64,000 bases of DNA from Octopus sinensis (Eukaryota), in contig NC_043020.1 in the NCBI RefSeq assembly GCF_006345805.1, positions 7,502,001 to 7,566,000 of the forward strand. Reading direction: 5' to 3'. How positions within the stretch are numbered: the stretch's first letter is position 1; every line of letters starts with the position of its first letter. Shown piece by piece: positions 39,076-52,455 of the stretch. A program made the translations under genes and the position numbers. The notes beneath the pieces are model-generated. The model was not told where the DNA came from and searched no databases. It saw only the letters and a list, made by a program, of their open reading frames with translations.

Positions 39076-40089
39076 TGGTGTGGGTGCATTTTTACGTCTA
39101 TGATGCATGTGAATACATGTGCATGCATGCATACTGGTATGCATGTGTAAATACATGTACATATGAATGAATGTGTGTGTGTCCATGTGTATGTTTGGCC
39201 AAGTGTGTGTGTGTGTGCAGACGTGCGCATGTGCATCCATGTACAGACACACACTTGCATCAATATACACATGTATCCAAAACTACATGAGTGCATTTAC
39301 ACAGCCATGTATAGAACTATATACTTGCTTATACTGCCCCTCCCTAATTCCCCCCAACAACTGGACGAACTTCTAACCACCACGTGGTATATTTCCTGTC
39401 CTCCACGTGGTATATTTCCTGTCCTCCACGTGGTCAATTTCCTGTTCACCATGCAGAATTTTCCAACTAACTGTTACCCATAATCCTAACATCAAACCAT
39501 GATACCAGGTGACCTTCCTTGACCAATCGCAGCCTACCTTATGGTAATAAGAATCAACATTTGTTATTCAAATTCAAACTGGCAGATGACTAGCATCATT
39601 CTTGAAACTCAAGAGCACCAATGAATTTGAAATCAACATGTTCTGATCCATACATGTAACTCCCAATAAATTGGTTGAGTGCCCTTCTTTCGTTTGTCCA
39701 CTCACTCGTATATATATATATATATATATATTTATTTGTGTGTGTGTGTGTGTTAGTTTGTTTGTCACCCTACCATCGCTTGACAAGTGATGCTGGTGTG
39801 TTTATGTCCCTGTAACTTAGCAGTTCAGCAAAAGAGACCAACAGAATAAGTATTAGACTTACAAAAAAATAAGTCCTGGGGTTGATTTCTTCAGCTAAAA
39901 ACAAAAAAAAACCTTAAGGCAGTGCTCCAGCATGTCCACAGTCAAATGACTAAGACAAGAAAGAGTGTAAGAAAAAGTAGTGAAAGAATTACAGGAACCC
40001 TCCTACTTTGTGGTTTTCCCTACACCTCTTTCACTGAAGATGTATCTGTATAGATCTATTTTCAGTGAAAGAGATACAAGAAAACCACA

Positions 40090-40139
40090 ATTTAATCTTG
40101 TATACACATATATATGTGTGTGTGTGTGTATACATACAT

Positions 40140-40177
<38 letters not shown>

Positions 40178-40320
40178 TGTGTGTGTGTGTGTGGTGTGTG
40201 TGTGTGTGTGTGTGTATATATGTGTGTGTGTGTGTGTATATATATGTGTGTGTGTTGTGTATATATATGTGTGTGTGTGTGTGTATATATGTGTGTGGTG
40301 TATATATAGATGTGTGTGTG

Positions 40321-40356
<36 letters not shown>

Positions 40357-40446
40357 ATATATATATATATATCTATATATGTATGTGTGTGTATATATAT
40401 ATATATATGTATGTGTGTGTATACTATATATATATATATGTGTGTG

Positions 40447-40477
<31 letters not shown>

Positions 40478-40608
40478 ATATATATATATATCTATATATG
40501 TATGTGTGATATATATATATATATGTATGTGTTGTATATATATTATATATCTATATATGTATGTGTGTGTATATATATATATATGTATGTGTGTATATAT
40601 ATATATAT

Positions 40609-40654
<46 letters not shown>

Positions 40655-40700
40655 ATACATACATATATATGTATACACACACATACATATTCATATACAT
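40090..40700. repeat. Compound (TA/TG)n microsatellite
   Basis: Direct reading. Confidence 0.95.
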
Positions 40701-41139
40701 CCTGTTGGTGTGTCATCTTAGCCAATAATCAATCTATCAATTTATCCTTGAGTGGTTTGGTCATCATTTGATCTACATTAAACACACCGGCTACTGAATT
40801 GTAAATGGTAAATATACCAGCGCTGCGTGTGCTCGTATATATATATATGAGTGGAATACATATGCACACACATGTAGTTTACTGTTCCGTTATTAGTAGG
40901 ATCAACTTGAAAAGTACTCTAGCCTGTGTGAGAGATAAATGTCATTTAGTACACGCAATATTAGATACGAACTACTAACAGTTTCATGCTCTGGAAACAT
41001 AATAACTTGGCAGATTTATCCATCATTGTTTTCAATCCAGAAGGATTGCTTTTGAGATAAAAGGTATGATGTATAAATCTGTTGAATTATTATGTTTCCA
41101 GAGCATGAAACTATTGATAGCTCACATATTTAAATACTG

Positions 41140-41161
41140 TTTATGTTAAATGATATATGTA

Positions 41162-41220
<59 letters not shown>

Positions 41221-41277
41221 CATAACATATATATATATACACATATACATATATATATACACATATATATAACACAC

Positions 41278-41317
<40 letters not shown>

Positions 41318-41533
41318 ATATATATATATATATATACACATATACATATATATAATAATATACATATATATATATATATATATATTAACCATATCAAATG
41401 CGATAAAATAAAAATAATTATACATATACATATATATAACATATATATATATATACATATATATATATACATATACATATATATATATATTATATATATA
41501 TATACATATACATATACATATATACATATACAT

Positions 41534-41589
<56 letters not shown>

Positions 41590-41590
41590 T
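41140..41590. repeat. Compound (TA/CA)n microsatellite
   Basis: Direct reading. Confidence 0.95.
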
Positions 41591-42456
41591 GAATGTGGAT
41601 TCAATTCCCGCCTATACTAATGCCTTTTTTTTCCATTAGGGGTTTATATACCCTAATATTAGACTATTTAGACTATTTTCTATAGTCAATATACAGTGAA
41701 AACTTATAATTATATTTATGATGTGTGTGTGTGTGTGTGTGTGTGTGGTGTATGAGAGAGTGAGGCATAGACAGATATATACACACACACTCATGTATAA
41801 TATATATGTCTATATATAGTATAGCCACAAATATCTTGATAAATTTTTAACACATCACCTTTTAATACATAATGAGTAATTACTCAGGTGGCAAGCTGGC
41901 AGAATTGTTAGCACACAGGCAAAATCCTTAGTGGAATTCCATCCCTCTCTTCACTCTGAGTTCAAACTCCATTGAGGTCATCTTTACATTTCCTCCTTCC
42001 AGGGTCGACACAATAAGTGCTGGCCTTGTGTCAAAATCTGAGACCAATTTATGATGAATATTTACTATGCTCTAAACCCATACACATACATACACACACA
42101 CATGCACACACGTACGCAATTCAGCATCTTCATCATTATCATCGTCATCATCACCATCATTTAACATCTGTTTTCCATGCTGATACAGGTTGGACGGTTT
42201 GACAGAGGTGGCAAGGCTACGTCCCATAGTTTGTTTTGACTTGGTTTCTACAGCTGGATGCTCTTCCTGTTGCCAACCACATTGCAGAGCGTACTGAGTG
42301 CTTTTCATGTGGCACCTGTGCCAGTGTTTTTTACATGGCACCAGCACAGACACGGTCACCAAGTATCTTGGTAGACGCATACTCTTACATAGTCAATACC
42401 TGGCCCTACAACGCATCCCACATGCTCACAAGGACTCACACATTTCTATTAAAATA

Positions 42457-42827
42457 CTGTGTGGTAAGTAGCTTGCTTACGAACCACATTGTTCTGGGTT
42501 CAGTCCCACTGTGTGACTCCTTGGGCAAGTGTCTTCTACTATAGCCTCAGGCCGACCAAAGCCTTGTGAGTGGATTTACTAGACAGAAACTGGAAGAAGC
42601 CCGTCGCATGTATGTGTGTGTGTGTGTGTGTGTGTGTTTGTCATCCTGACATCGCTTGACAACCGGTGCTGGTGTGTTTATGTCCCTGTAACTTAGTGGT
42701 TTGGCAAAAGAGATCAATAGAATAAGTACTAGGCTTACAAAGAATAAGTCCTGGGATTGATTTCTTCAACTAAAACCCTTTAAGACAGTGCTCCAGCATG
42801 GCCACAGTCAAATGACTGAAACAAGTA
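42457..42827 (+). mobile_element. SINE family B
   Basis: Match to 2541-2950. Confidence 0.85.
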
Positions 42828-43207
42828 TAATAATATCTTATTTAATTTTAAATGTATCAATCTATATTGCATACACTTTTTTGTCCTTTCCATTCGGTTA
42901 TTTTTCCTGAAATCCACTGACTTTGTTTCCATTAATTTTGAAAATAACGAATTTAGTAAAATAACTTTGTCATTATTAAGCTGGTATTTAGAACATTAAT
43001 TAACATGGCATTTTGATGGAAGGTTTTAATTTCGATCAATTTAAACCTCGTTATGTTATTCCTATTGAAATACACTGATTTCATTCCAATAAATTTCGAA
43101 AATTATTAAGAATTTAGTAAAAATAAATTTGTCATTACTAAGCTGGTGTTTGGAACACAAATTAGCATGAAATTTTTGATGGAAAAATATAATTTACATC
43201 ACTTTAA

Positions 43208-43406
43208 CCCTTTTGATGCTAACCTACCTGAGACTACCCCTACTTCTATAACACAACTTACTTTTTAAATTAATTCAAATTAAAATCTTCCACCAAATTT
43301 TCATGTTAATTTGTTCCAAACACCAGTTATTTTACTAAATTCATTGTTTTCGAAATTAATAGAAATAAACTTGGTGTATTTTAACTGAAATCTGGTAACA
43401 AAAAGG
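43208..43406. mobile_element. piggyBac-like MITE (TTAA TSD)
   Basis: ttaa|cccttttg...caaaaagg|ttaa; related partial copies near 205-325, 42886-43203 and 44330-44550. Confidence 0.6.
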
Positions 43407-43855
43407 TTAAAGTGATCTAAATTAACCCATTAACTGCCAATTTTTTATTAAAATTTTTTGGCTTTGCCAGGTGTCTTACGAGTTAAAATAATATGTATTT
43501 AAATTTTCTTCATATGTGAATTATTTTGGGAATTATGATAAATTTTTCAAAAAGCCTCAAAGGGGGATCGCTGGAAAAAAGCATATTTATCCTTTTCTAT
43601 TCAATTGCAATAATAAACGTTTCAGTTTTTTTTAAAACTATAGTATCAAATGTGAATGTGTATGAAATATCAATGAATGATATAAATGGGAAATGAAAAA
43701 AAAAACCGAACGAAACGTTTTCATAATAGTCAATATTTTTGTGGTTCAAAAATTGCAATTGATGACATAAAATGTCCCCTAGAATTAGCCAGAACTAATA
43801 ATGACAAACTTGAACTACTAAATATTGTTAAACACATCTTTGCAATTGCAGTGCT

Positions 43856-44251
43856 CTCTTTTACTCTTTTACTTGTTTCAGTCATTTGACTGCGGCCATG
43901 CTGGAGCACCGCCTTTAGTCGAGCAACTCGACCCCGGCACTTATTCTTTGTAAGCCTTGTACTTATTCTATCGGTCTCTTTTGCCGAACCGCTAAGTGAC
44001 GGGGACATAAACACATCAGCATCGGTTGTCAAGCAATGCTAGGCGGGACAAACACAAACATACATGCACACATATATATACATATATACGATGGGATTCT
44101 TTCAGTTTCCGTCTACCAAATCCACTCACAAGGCATTGGTCGGCCCGGGGCTATAGCAGAAGACACTTGCCCAAGATGCCACGCAGAGGGACTGAACCCA
44201 GAACCATGTGGTTGGTAAACAAGCTACTTACTACACAGCCACTCCTGTGCC
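43856..44251 (-). mobile_element. SINE family B, full length
   Basis: Reverse-complement match to the family consensus. Confidence 0.9.
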
Positions 44252-44562
44252 TATAAATACAATGAACAACATGGCAGGCAAAGGGCTAAAGCCATGAATC
44301 AAACTTTCTCGTTAATTTATGTCCCATGTACAAGTTTAATTGCAACAAAGTTATTTTACTAAATTCTTCATTAATTTCGAAATGAATTGGAATAAAGGGC
44401 TGATATTCCAACAGAAACAGGATAGAAGGATTAAAGCGTTCTACATTAAAACATTCCATCAAACTTTTATGTCAATTTAGGTTCCAAACACAAGCTTAAG
44501 AATGATAAAGTTATTTTGCTAAATTATTTATTATTTTTAAGATTAACTGAAAGAAAAAAAAA

Positions 44563-44826
44563 GGATCTTTTCCTTTTGAACGGCAGTTTTCAACACAATT
44601 TCTAGTTAACTAAACACTTTTAAACTTCGTATACTGGTAGAATGTGTCAAAATAAAACATTGTTTTCTCTTGGCTTTCTTGAGAAAATTGTAATTTGTAA
44701 GTTTAACGTAGTTTAATTTTTCGAATTTTAACCAATCGATGGCCTCTATTGAGCTAAAATCATTTGCTGCGTCTTAAACTGAGACAACATCCTGTAACTA
44801 ACCCTGCCGTTCAAAAGGAAAAGATA
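44563..44826. mobile_element. Shorter relative of the 8-bp-TSD MITE
   Basis: ggatcttttccttttgaacggcag / ctgccgttcaaaaggaaaagat; flanked by poly-A. Confidence 0.75.
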
Positions 44827-44979
44827 AAAAAAAAAAAAAAAGGCTGTGTATTTATTCCAGTTAAGATCTAGTAATGAAATGGTTACAAGAGGAAATTTAT
44901 ATCATAGAACTAAGAATGGTCTTGGATGGTTTGGTATCAAAAGGATTAATGCTATCAACTTTGTGTGATTTTAAACACA

Positions 44980-45476
44980 TTGAGTTGGCAGAATTGTTAG
45001 TAGGCCAAGTGAAATGCTTAGCAGTATTTTGTCTGTCTTTATGTTCTGAGTTCAAATTCCGCCGAAGTCGACTTTGTCTTTCATCCTTTCAGGGCCAATA
45101 AATTAAGTACCAGTTGCGTACAGGGTTGATAAATTAAATACCGGTTGCATACTGGGGTCGATAAATTATCAGTTGTGTACTGGGGTCAATCTAATCGACT
45201 AGCCCCCTCCCCCAAAATTTCGGGCCTTGTAGAAAAGAATAAATAATGTTTAATATATACTATTTGATAAGGCAGCAAGCTAGCAGAGGTTTTGTCTATC
45301 TTTAGGTTCTGAGTTCAAATTCCGCCGAGGTCAGCTTTGCCTTTCATCTCTTTGGGGGTTGATAAAATAAGTACCAGTTGAATACTGGGGTTGATGTAAT
45401 CAACATAACCCCTCCCCTGAAATTACCGGCTTTGTGACAAAATTTGAAATCCTCATCTTTATCATCATCATCATCA

Positions 45477-45552
<76 letters not shown>

Positions 45553-45765
45553 GGTAGTGAGCTGGCAAAATACTTGGCAGCATTTTGTCCATCCTAACAT
45601 TTTGAGTTCAAATTCTGCCAAGGTTGACTTTGTCTTTCATCCTTTCAGGGTCGAGAAAATAAGGACCAGTGAAACACCAGGGTTGATGTAATTGATGAGT
45701 CCCCTCCCTGCAAACTTCAGGCCTTGTGCCTAGAGTAGAAAGGATTATTATTATTATTATTATTA

Positions 45766-45797
<32 letters not shown>

Positions 45798-45985
45798 GGC
45801 GAGCTGGCAGAATTGTTAGCACGCCGGGTGAAATACATTGCAGTATTTTGTCTGCTGCTACGTTCTGAGTTCAAATTCTGCTGAGGTCGACTTTGCCTTT
45901 CATCCTTTCAGGGTTGATTAAATAAGTACCAGTTACATACTGGGGTCAATGTAATTGACTTAATCCCCTCCCCCAAGCTGCTCAT
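44980..45985 (+). mobile_element. Cluster of four SINE family A copies separated by (ATT)n
   Basis: Four gagttcaaatt(c/t).gc...ggggt(c/t)ga units. Confidence 0.85.
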
Positions 45986-46020
45986 GTGGCAAAAATTTGA
46001 CATCGTCACCATCATTATTA

Positions 46021-46380
46021 TTATCTCCGCTTTAGCGAAGGTGGAGGTGATGTTTTCAGTCGTGTTTGTTTGTCCGTGGACAAGATATCCCAAGAACCAC
46101 TGGATGAATTTGGATGAAACTTTCAGGGATGTTTGGCCTTGTGACTGGCATGAACTGATAAGATTTTGAGATTGATCCGGGACTGGACAAGGATTCTGGA
46201 TTATTTTTCCTGTTTTTTATTTAATTTTTGAGAGCAGTCGGGTTCATTTTTAATAGTCTCGTTTGTGAGAGCAGTCAAGTTTATTTCGGATATTCACATT
46301 TTAAAAATCATCTCCAGTAAATCATTGAGAGGACATTGGTGTTACCTTGGCAGAGGTTTGCACTATCTGAGTGTTCTTTT
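46021..46380 (+). mobile_element. DINE-1/Helentron-like non-autonomous element
   Basis: Starts tatctccgc...ggtggaggtgatgttttc with gtttgtttgtc; ends ccttggcagaggtttgcact, a subterminal inverted motif. Confidence 0.45.
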
Positions 46381-47258
46381 TATCAAAAAAAGGTAAATAT
46401 AAAAGGAGAAAAGGGCTCTCTACCCGCTTTTTGACCAGGCTCCTGTGGCTTTTATGGGTTTTTCCACGAGTAACCTTTCAAAGCACCTTCCCCCTATTGG
46501 GAGTTTTAATTGCATTTGTACACGAATTTGGGAGTTATATTGCATTTGTACATGGATTTTCTTTCAAACGGACAAAACCCTTTTTGTAACTTTCGTCCTG
46601 TATTTTGTCCCTTTATGTTTTATCTGATTTTTGTTAGCCCTTGTGGCCAATAAACGAATTAATTATTATCATCATCATTATTATTATTATTTTTTAAATT
46701 TTTATTTTATTTTATCTAGTTTCAGCTCACAAGCTGTGGCCATGCTGGGGCACCGCATTATTATTATTGAGTGAGAGAGCAGTGCATGCCATCAAAGTGA
46801 CACTGGGGTAAAATATACGAAGCCCAATATACCCATCATGACTACCCGTCTGATAAGGGTACACCAGGCACATGCATCACAACCATATGTGCGCAACATG
46901 GTGATCTCATATCAAGATAAACAGCGCATGACCTTGCGGGTGGGGCCCAGTTAGAATTTTCTTCAGGTTGAGTTGCCCATCCCGCTCAAAAGGTCCCTGA
47001 ATAAGGGTTGTTTAAGGATGTTGAAAGAACCACCCATGTTTCCAGAGGTGAATTATTCAAAGCCCAAAGAATCCCTCTCAACACATGGCTATGATGCTCC
47101 CCCACTACTTCTGCTCGTGATCAGAGATGCACATATCGTCAGCCACTAAGGGACATGCTCAACTGGTTAAGGTCAAACAACTGACAAGCAAATCTGTGGC
47201 ATTGAGCAGAATATTTGCTGTAGCCCATCTTTTATACCAAGACAAAACAATGTACATG

Positions 47259-47297
<39 letters not shown>

Positions 47298-48938
47298 ATT
47301 AAGGGCTTGAGCCTGTAGAGTCATTATCATGCTGAGCCACTTGCTTTACCTCATTTCCTCTGTTCCTTTATATACCCAGTTCAAAATATCCCGGAGGTCA
47401 TCTTGGCCTTTAATCCTTTCTCGGTCAATAAATTTAGCACCTGTTGATCACCGGGGTCAAAGTAATTGATTAACCTTCCTGTCCCCACCTAGAATTACTG
47501 GCCACGTGCCAAAAAATTAGAAAGAATTATTGTTGCTGTTGTTGTTGTCTATAATTGATTAGTTCCGTTCAGTCAAATCTATTTTTTCACAAAATAAAAT
47601 GAAATAACTCACTCCAGTCCTCCTTGTCATCTGGCATTTGGGGTTGGAAGGGGCCAAATGTGTGTGTAGTGGGTGTGTGTTCGTTCATGTCTTTATGTGT
47701 ATGCATGTTTAAGTGTGTGTGTGTGTGTGTGAATATGTATGTGTGAGCATGTATGTGTGTGTGTGTCTCCATACATGTGTGTGTGTGTGTGTGTGTGTCT
47801 CCATACATGTGTGTGTATGTGTGTGTGTCTGCATACATGTATGTGTGTGTGTGTGAGTGTGCATGTTTGTGTGTGTCTCCATACCTGTGTGTGTGTGTGT
47901 GTGAGTGTGCATGTTTGTGTGTTCATGTGTGTGTATGTGCTTGTATGCATGTTGAAGTGTGCATATGTATGTGTGTACATGTATGTACATATTTGTGTGT
48001 GTATGTGTGAATATGTATGTGTGGGCCTCTCTCTGTGTGTGGGTGTGTGTGTGTGTATGTGTGTGTGAGTCAGAGGTGATATTTCGGTGTCAGTCCAGTC
48101 CAGGCTATGATTTTGGCTGATATTTTTAGTTTAGTTTTTTAACTCTTGTGAGACATTAAAGGAATGTTGGGGGGTGGGGGTGGGGGTGGGGGTGGGGGGA
48201 GAGAGGGATAGGAAAAAAACAATGAGTTCAGTGGTGGTAGTGAGAGGAGTGGCAGGATAAGAGAGGGTGAAAGAAAAAGGAGAGGAGGAAGAGAATTAGA
48301 TGAGAGACAGACAGACAGACAGTGTGTGTGTGTGTGTGTAAAGAAGGGACGAAGGAAATGTGAAAGGTTAAAATAAGAAAGAGAGCAAATGAAACGGAGA
48401 AATATGCAGAATATATTATCTTCATTGTTGCTAACATCATCATCATCATCGTCGTAGTTGTCATCATCATCATCACTATCATCAGTGTCATTATCATCAT
48501 CATCATCAATATCTTCATTGTCATCATCATCCTCATCATCATCATCGCAAACATCATTACCACTTAGATTATCATCACTATCATCATCATCATCACCATT
48601 TTCATCATCATTATCATCAGCAGCAGCAGTACTAACCTCCTTACCACTATCATCATCATCATCACTCTTGTTGTCGCTATTAATGTCCATTCACTTTTCC
48701 CTGCTCGCATGGGTCAGACGGAATCCCCCCCCCCCGAGGCAGAATTTCTGCAGCTGGATGCCTTTCCTGTTGCCAACCAACCTTTGTCCGATTTTCCAAA
48801 TTGCAAGCAAAGATTACACTTTCTCTCGACCAGAAATGTTTCCAACAAAGATCGGAAGCGAACGATACCACTTGTTTGATGATAAATACTCATTTATAAC
48901 CATCGTGTGATGAGAAGACAAGAAAATATAAACATATA

Positions 48939-49109
48939 GGCACAGGAGTGGCTGTGTGGTAAGTAGCTTGCTAACCAACCACATGGTTCAGGGTTCAGTC
49001 CCACTGCGTGGCACCTTGGACAAGTGTCTTCTACTATAGCCCCGGGCCGACCAATGCCTTGTGAGTGGATTTGGTAGACGGAAACTGTAAGAAGCCCGTC
49101 GTATATATG

Positions 49110-49144
<35 letters not shown>

Positions 49145-49355
49145 TTGTGTGTCTGTGTTTGTCCCCCTAGCATTGCTTGACAACCGATGCTGGCGTGTTT
49201 ATGTCCCCATCACTTAGCGGTTCGGCAAAAAGAGACCGATAGAATAAGTACTGGGCTTACAAAGAATAAGTCCTTGGGTCTAGTTGCTCGACTAAAGGCG
49301 GTGCTCCAGCATGGCCGCAGTCAAATGACTGAAACAAGTAAAAGAGTAAAAGAGT
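48939..49355 (+). mobile_element. SINE family B, young full-length copy
   Basis: Near-identical to 2541-2950. Confidence 0.9.
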
Positions 49356-49981
49356 ATACGTGTGTGTGTGTGTGTGTGTGTTTGTGTGTGTGAGCATGTT
49401 TACATAGCAAAATTTGTACGCAGATGTTTGTGTATAGACATGGACACAGAAAAGTACATCTATCTTACCATACGTAATATAAATACACCTTGCAATGAAC
49501 AGTGCTTACGGAAATAAATCATAAACGTGGGGATATTAATTAGTTAGCTATAAAATATTAACGAGAGTGAGAGATAAGGTAACGATGATAAGCAAAATGT
49601 AAGGAAGAATATGGAAGCAAAATGTACAATAAATTATCAGGGTTACTCAACACTTTGTTAGGCCACCAGCCATGACGGATGATTTGCATGCTGTCAGGAC
49701 ATGCTCCAACAACGCATGACATATGTGTGTGTGTGTATGTGTGTGAATATATATATGTATATATATATATACATATATATACATACATATGTATGGAGAT
49801 GGTGATACAGATAAACACACTCAAGCTTGACATCTGTATTTACATATGTACATACACACATATCAATACATGTAAAGTTAATCCAAATATGAAAACACAA
49901 AGAGAAAGCGCAACAATGCGAGGACGTGGAACAAATGTAGTATTATTGGACGCTCAGGAAGGAAGGAAGGGAAGAAGGAGG

Positions 49982-50016
49982 GTTTTACGTTTCGAGCGGA
50001 GCTCTTCGTCAGAAAC
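49982..50016 (-). ncRNA. Minimal type I hammerhead ribozyme motif (canonical core)
   Basis: gttt-CTGACGA-a-gagc/tcc/gctc-GAAA-CGTA-aaac: stems I and II pair fully; GUA cleavage triplet. Confidence 0.75.
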
Positions 50017-50250
50017 ATAGGAAAGGGAAAGAATCGCCAACAGTACACACGTGGTCACATTTTGACATATATTTATTTATATAGATACATATGGCTACAT
50101 ATATGCATACACACGCATATTCACATAGAGCATACAAAATACAGAATACTAAGAAGAGAATAAATAGTTTCTTAACAGCTGTTTCAGGAGGCTCAGAATT
50201 AGATCATAATCATTATGTTCATAATTAGTGGATGGAATGTGCAAAAAATC

Positions 50251-50281
<31 letters not shown>

Positions 50282-51044
50282 ATAAATATGAGAGAGTGAC
50301 CACTATGTGGTCTACTCTAGTGCTAAAAATAGATCCACTATGGTATAGCCACTAAAAAACTGTTTCCAAGGAGAAATAACACAACATTTAACGTGGGGCA
50401 AGTGAAAAATAACGAAAAAATAGATTAACCCTGAACAATTGTTTCATTATTAATGTAAATGCAATTTTACTTACACAACATCCATAAGTCATCAGCAGGA
50501 GTTTGTCTTAAATACAATTTATTAAATCGCCCGTTATATATTCGACGCAGCGCCAAAATACACGTGCGGTTTGATCAATTGCATTAGTAGCTATGATTCA
50601 AATCCCCCCGCCAAAAGTATGATAAGACTACTGGAAATGAATACCGCATAAAATATTTACTGCAGTATAATTAAATTTATAAATGCGGGTGAAAAATTTG
50701 ATGTTAATTTAATAATACCATCAATTTAACACCAAGTGGCTTAGCACATAAAAACCAGGGATACAATACAAATTTATACATAAATATGAGAGAGTGACCC
50801 TCATTTATAAATAAATATATATATATATATAAATAATATATAGGGAGATGTACTTGCATAGCAAGTGACCTGATCTGAGATCGTGTGCTGGAACGAAAAC
50901 AATTGCAGCATAGAAGGTGTTTATAAGCTATTTAAGAAACACATAAAATCCGTTAGATTCACTTCATCATTTAAATTTAATTTGTCAAAATATTTTCATC
51001 GCTTTGAGACCGCGACCTGTTCACTGACAAAATTCCGTGCTGCA

Positions 51045-51086
<42 letters not shown>

Positions 51087-51137
51087 TATATATATATATA
51101 TAAGTAAATGTATATATATATATATATATATATATAT

Positions 51138-51303
51138 CTGTAAATATAATATGTGACAATTATTCGATAGCCATGATAAAACTCCGAGTTTCGGATGTCA
51201 GGATGGAAATCCACGCCACCCTGATGGCCGGATAACTGAAGAGATGATAAAACTCGGAGTTTTATTATGGCTACCAAATAATTGTCACATATTACATTTA
51301 CAG
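51138..51303. repeat. Inverted repeat (54-bp arms)
   Basis: 51138-51191 versus 51250-51303. Confidence 0.9.
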
Positions 51304-51542
51304 AAAAATTCCTCTATTTACATAATATCGAGGTCTCTTTCATTCTTTTGTTGTCTTACCATTACTATCAATATATATATATATGTATGTATGTATGTAT
51401 GTGTGTATGTATGTATGCATGCATGCATGCACATACACCCATACACAGATGAATATATTTTGCAGACAACAACACACCACATATTTTATATGAAACTCAA
51501 AGTACCTGCATGTAACTTTCTACATATATAAAAGAAAAATAT

Positions 51543-52257
51543 AGTGGTTGTATACTGTCAACTTATCGTGACAGTAGGGGATTACACCACCGCTGTTTAG
51601 CCCTAGGAAGCATCGACGCTTCCTGTCGGCTTCGACACATTTCCTGTGTCCTTATATATTTACGAAGGGGAGACAAATACCCCCAGCAGCTAGGCCTGGA
51701 TCTAGAGACACGCATGTTTCAGGGTCTTTGCCCATCATCGGTCTAGAGTAGCAGAAGCCTGCTAGCTGAAGATATCTGTCTAGACTTCGTAAATATATAT
51801 ATCTAATTTTCAGTGAAGTTTATTCACTGATCACCAAAATCAGAAATATTAAATTTCTAAATATCTCATAGAGATATGTACGGTGATGGGGCGATAGAAT
51901 GGTTGTATGTGAATAAACTTCACTGAAAATTAGATATATATATTTACGAAGTCTAGACAGATATCTTCAGCTAGCAGGCTTCTGCTACTCTAGACCGATG
52001 ATGGGCAAAGACCCTGAAACATGCGTGTCTCTAGATCCAGGCCTAGCTGCTGGGGGTATTTGTCTCCCCTTCATAAATATATAAGGACACAGGAAATGTG
52101 TCGAAGCCGACAGGAAGCGTCGATGCTTCCTAGGGCTAAACAGCGGTGGTGTAATCCCCTACTGTCACGTTCACGTTAGATTGACAGTATACAACCACTC
52201 TATCGCCCAACCACCGTACATATCTCTATGAGATATTTAGAAATTTAATATTTCTGA
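51543..52257. repeat. Near-perfect ~285-bp inverted duplication with an A-B'-A'-B layout
   Basis: 51543-51827 versus 51909-52199; the spacer 51840-51908 is the inverse of 52189-52257. Confidence 0.95.
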
Positions 52258-52421
52258 AAAGAAATATATCTATATACATACTCATGTATTGAGTTCTCTT
52301 TCTGCTGTTTATTCTAACAAACTTCTCTCTCTCATTATATATGTATGTGCTTTGTGTATGTGTGTGTGCATGCACACATACTGTATAATTACTTAAGCAC
52401 CACCCCACTGGTCACTGTCCA

Positions 52422-52455
<34 letters not shown>

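Larger units (their letters stand above)
37749..39649 (-). mobile_element. 5'-truncated Penelope-like element with inverted pseudo-LTR arms
   Basis: Diverged inverted arms (about 37749-38515 and 39105-39649) flank a GIY-YIG remnant; HHR-like motifs sit at the outer ends of the arms. Confidence 0.75.

Noticed and set aside
46761-47260. GC-balanced ~500-bp segment between (ATT)n tracts
   Set aside because: Probably an interspersed repeat, but it is single-copy in this window with no ORF, TIR or TSD to classify it.
50461-50500. Minus-strand CTGATGA-ctta...taag-TAAA motif
   Set aside because: G12 is missing, position 17 would be G and stem I has only 2 bp; too degenerate to call.
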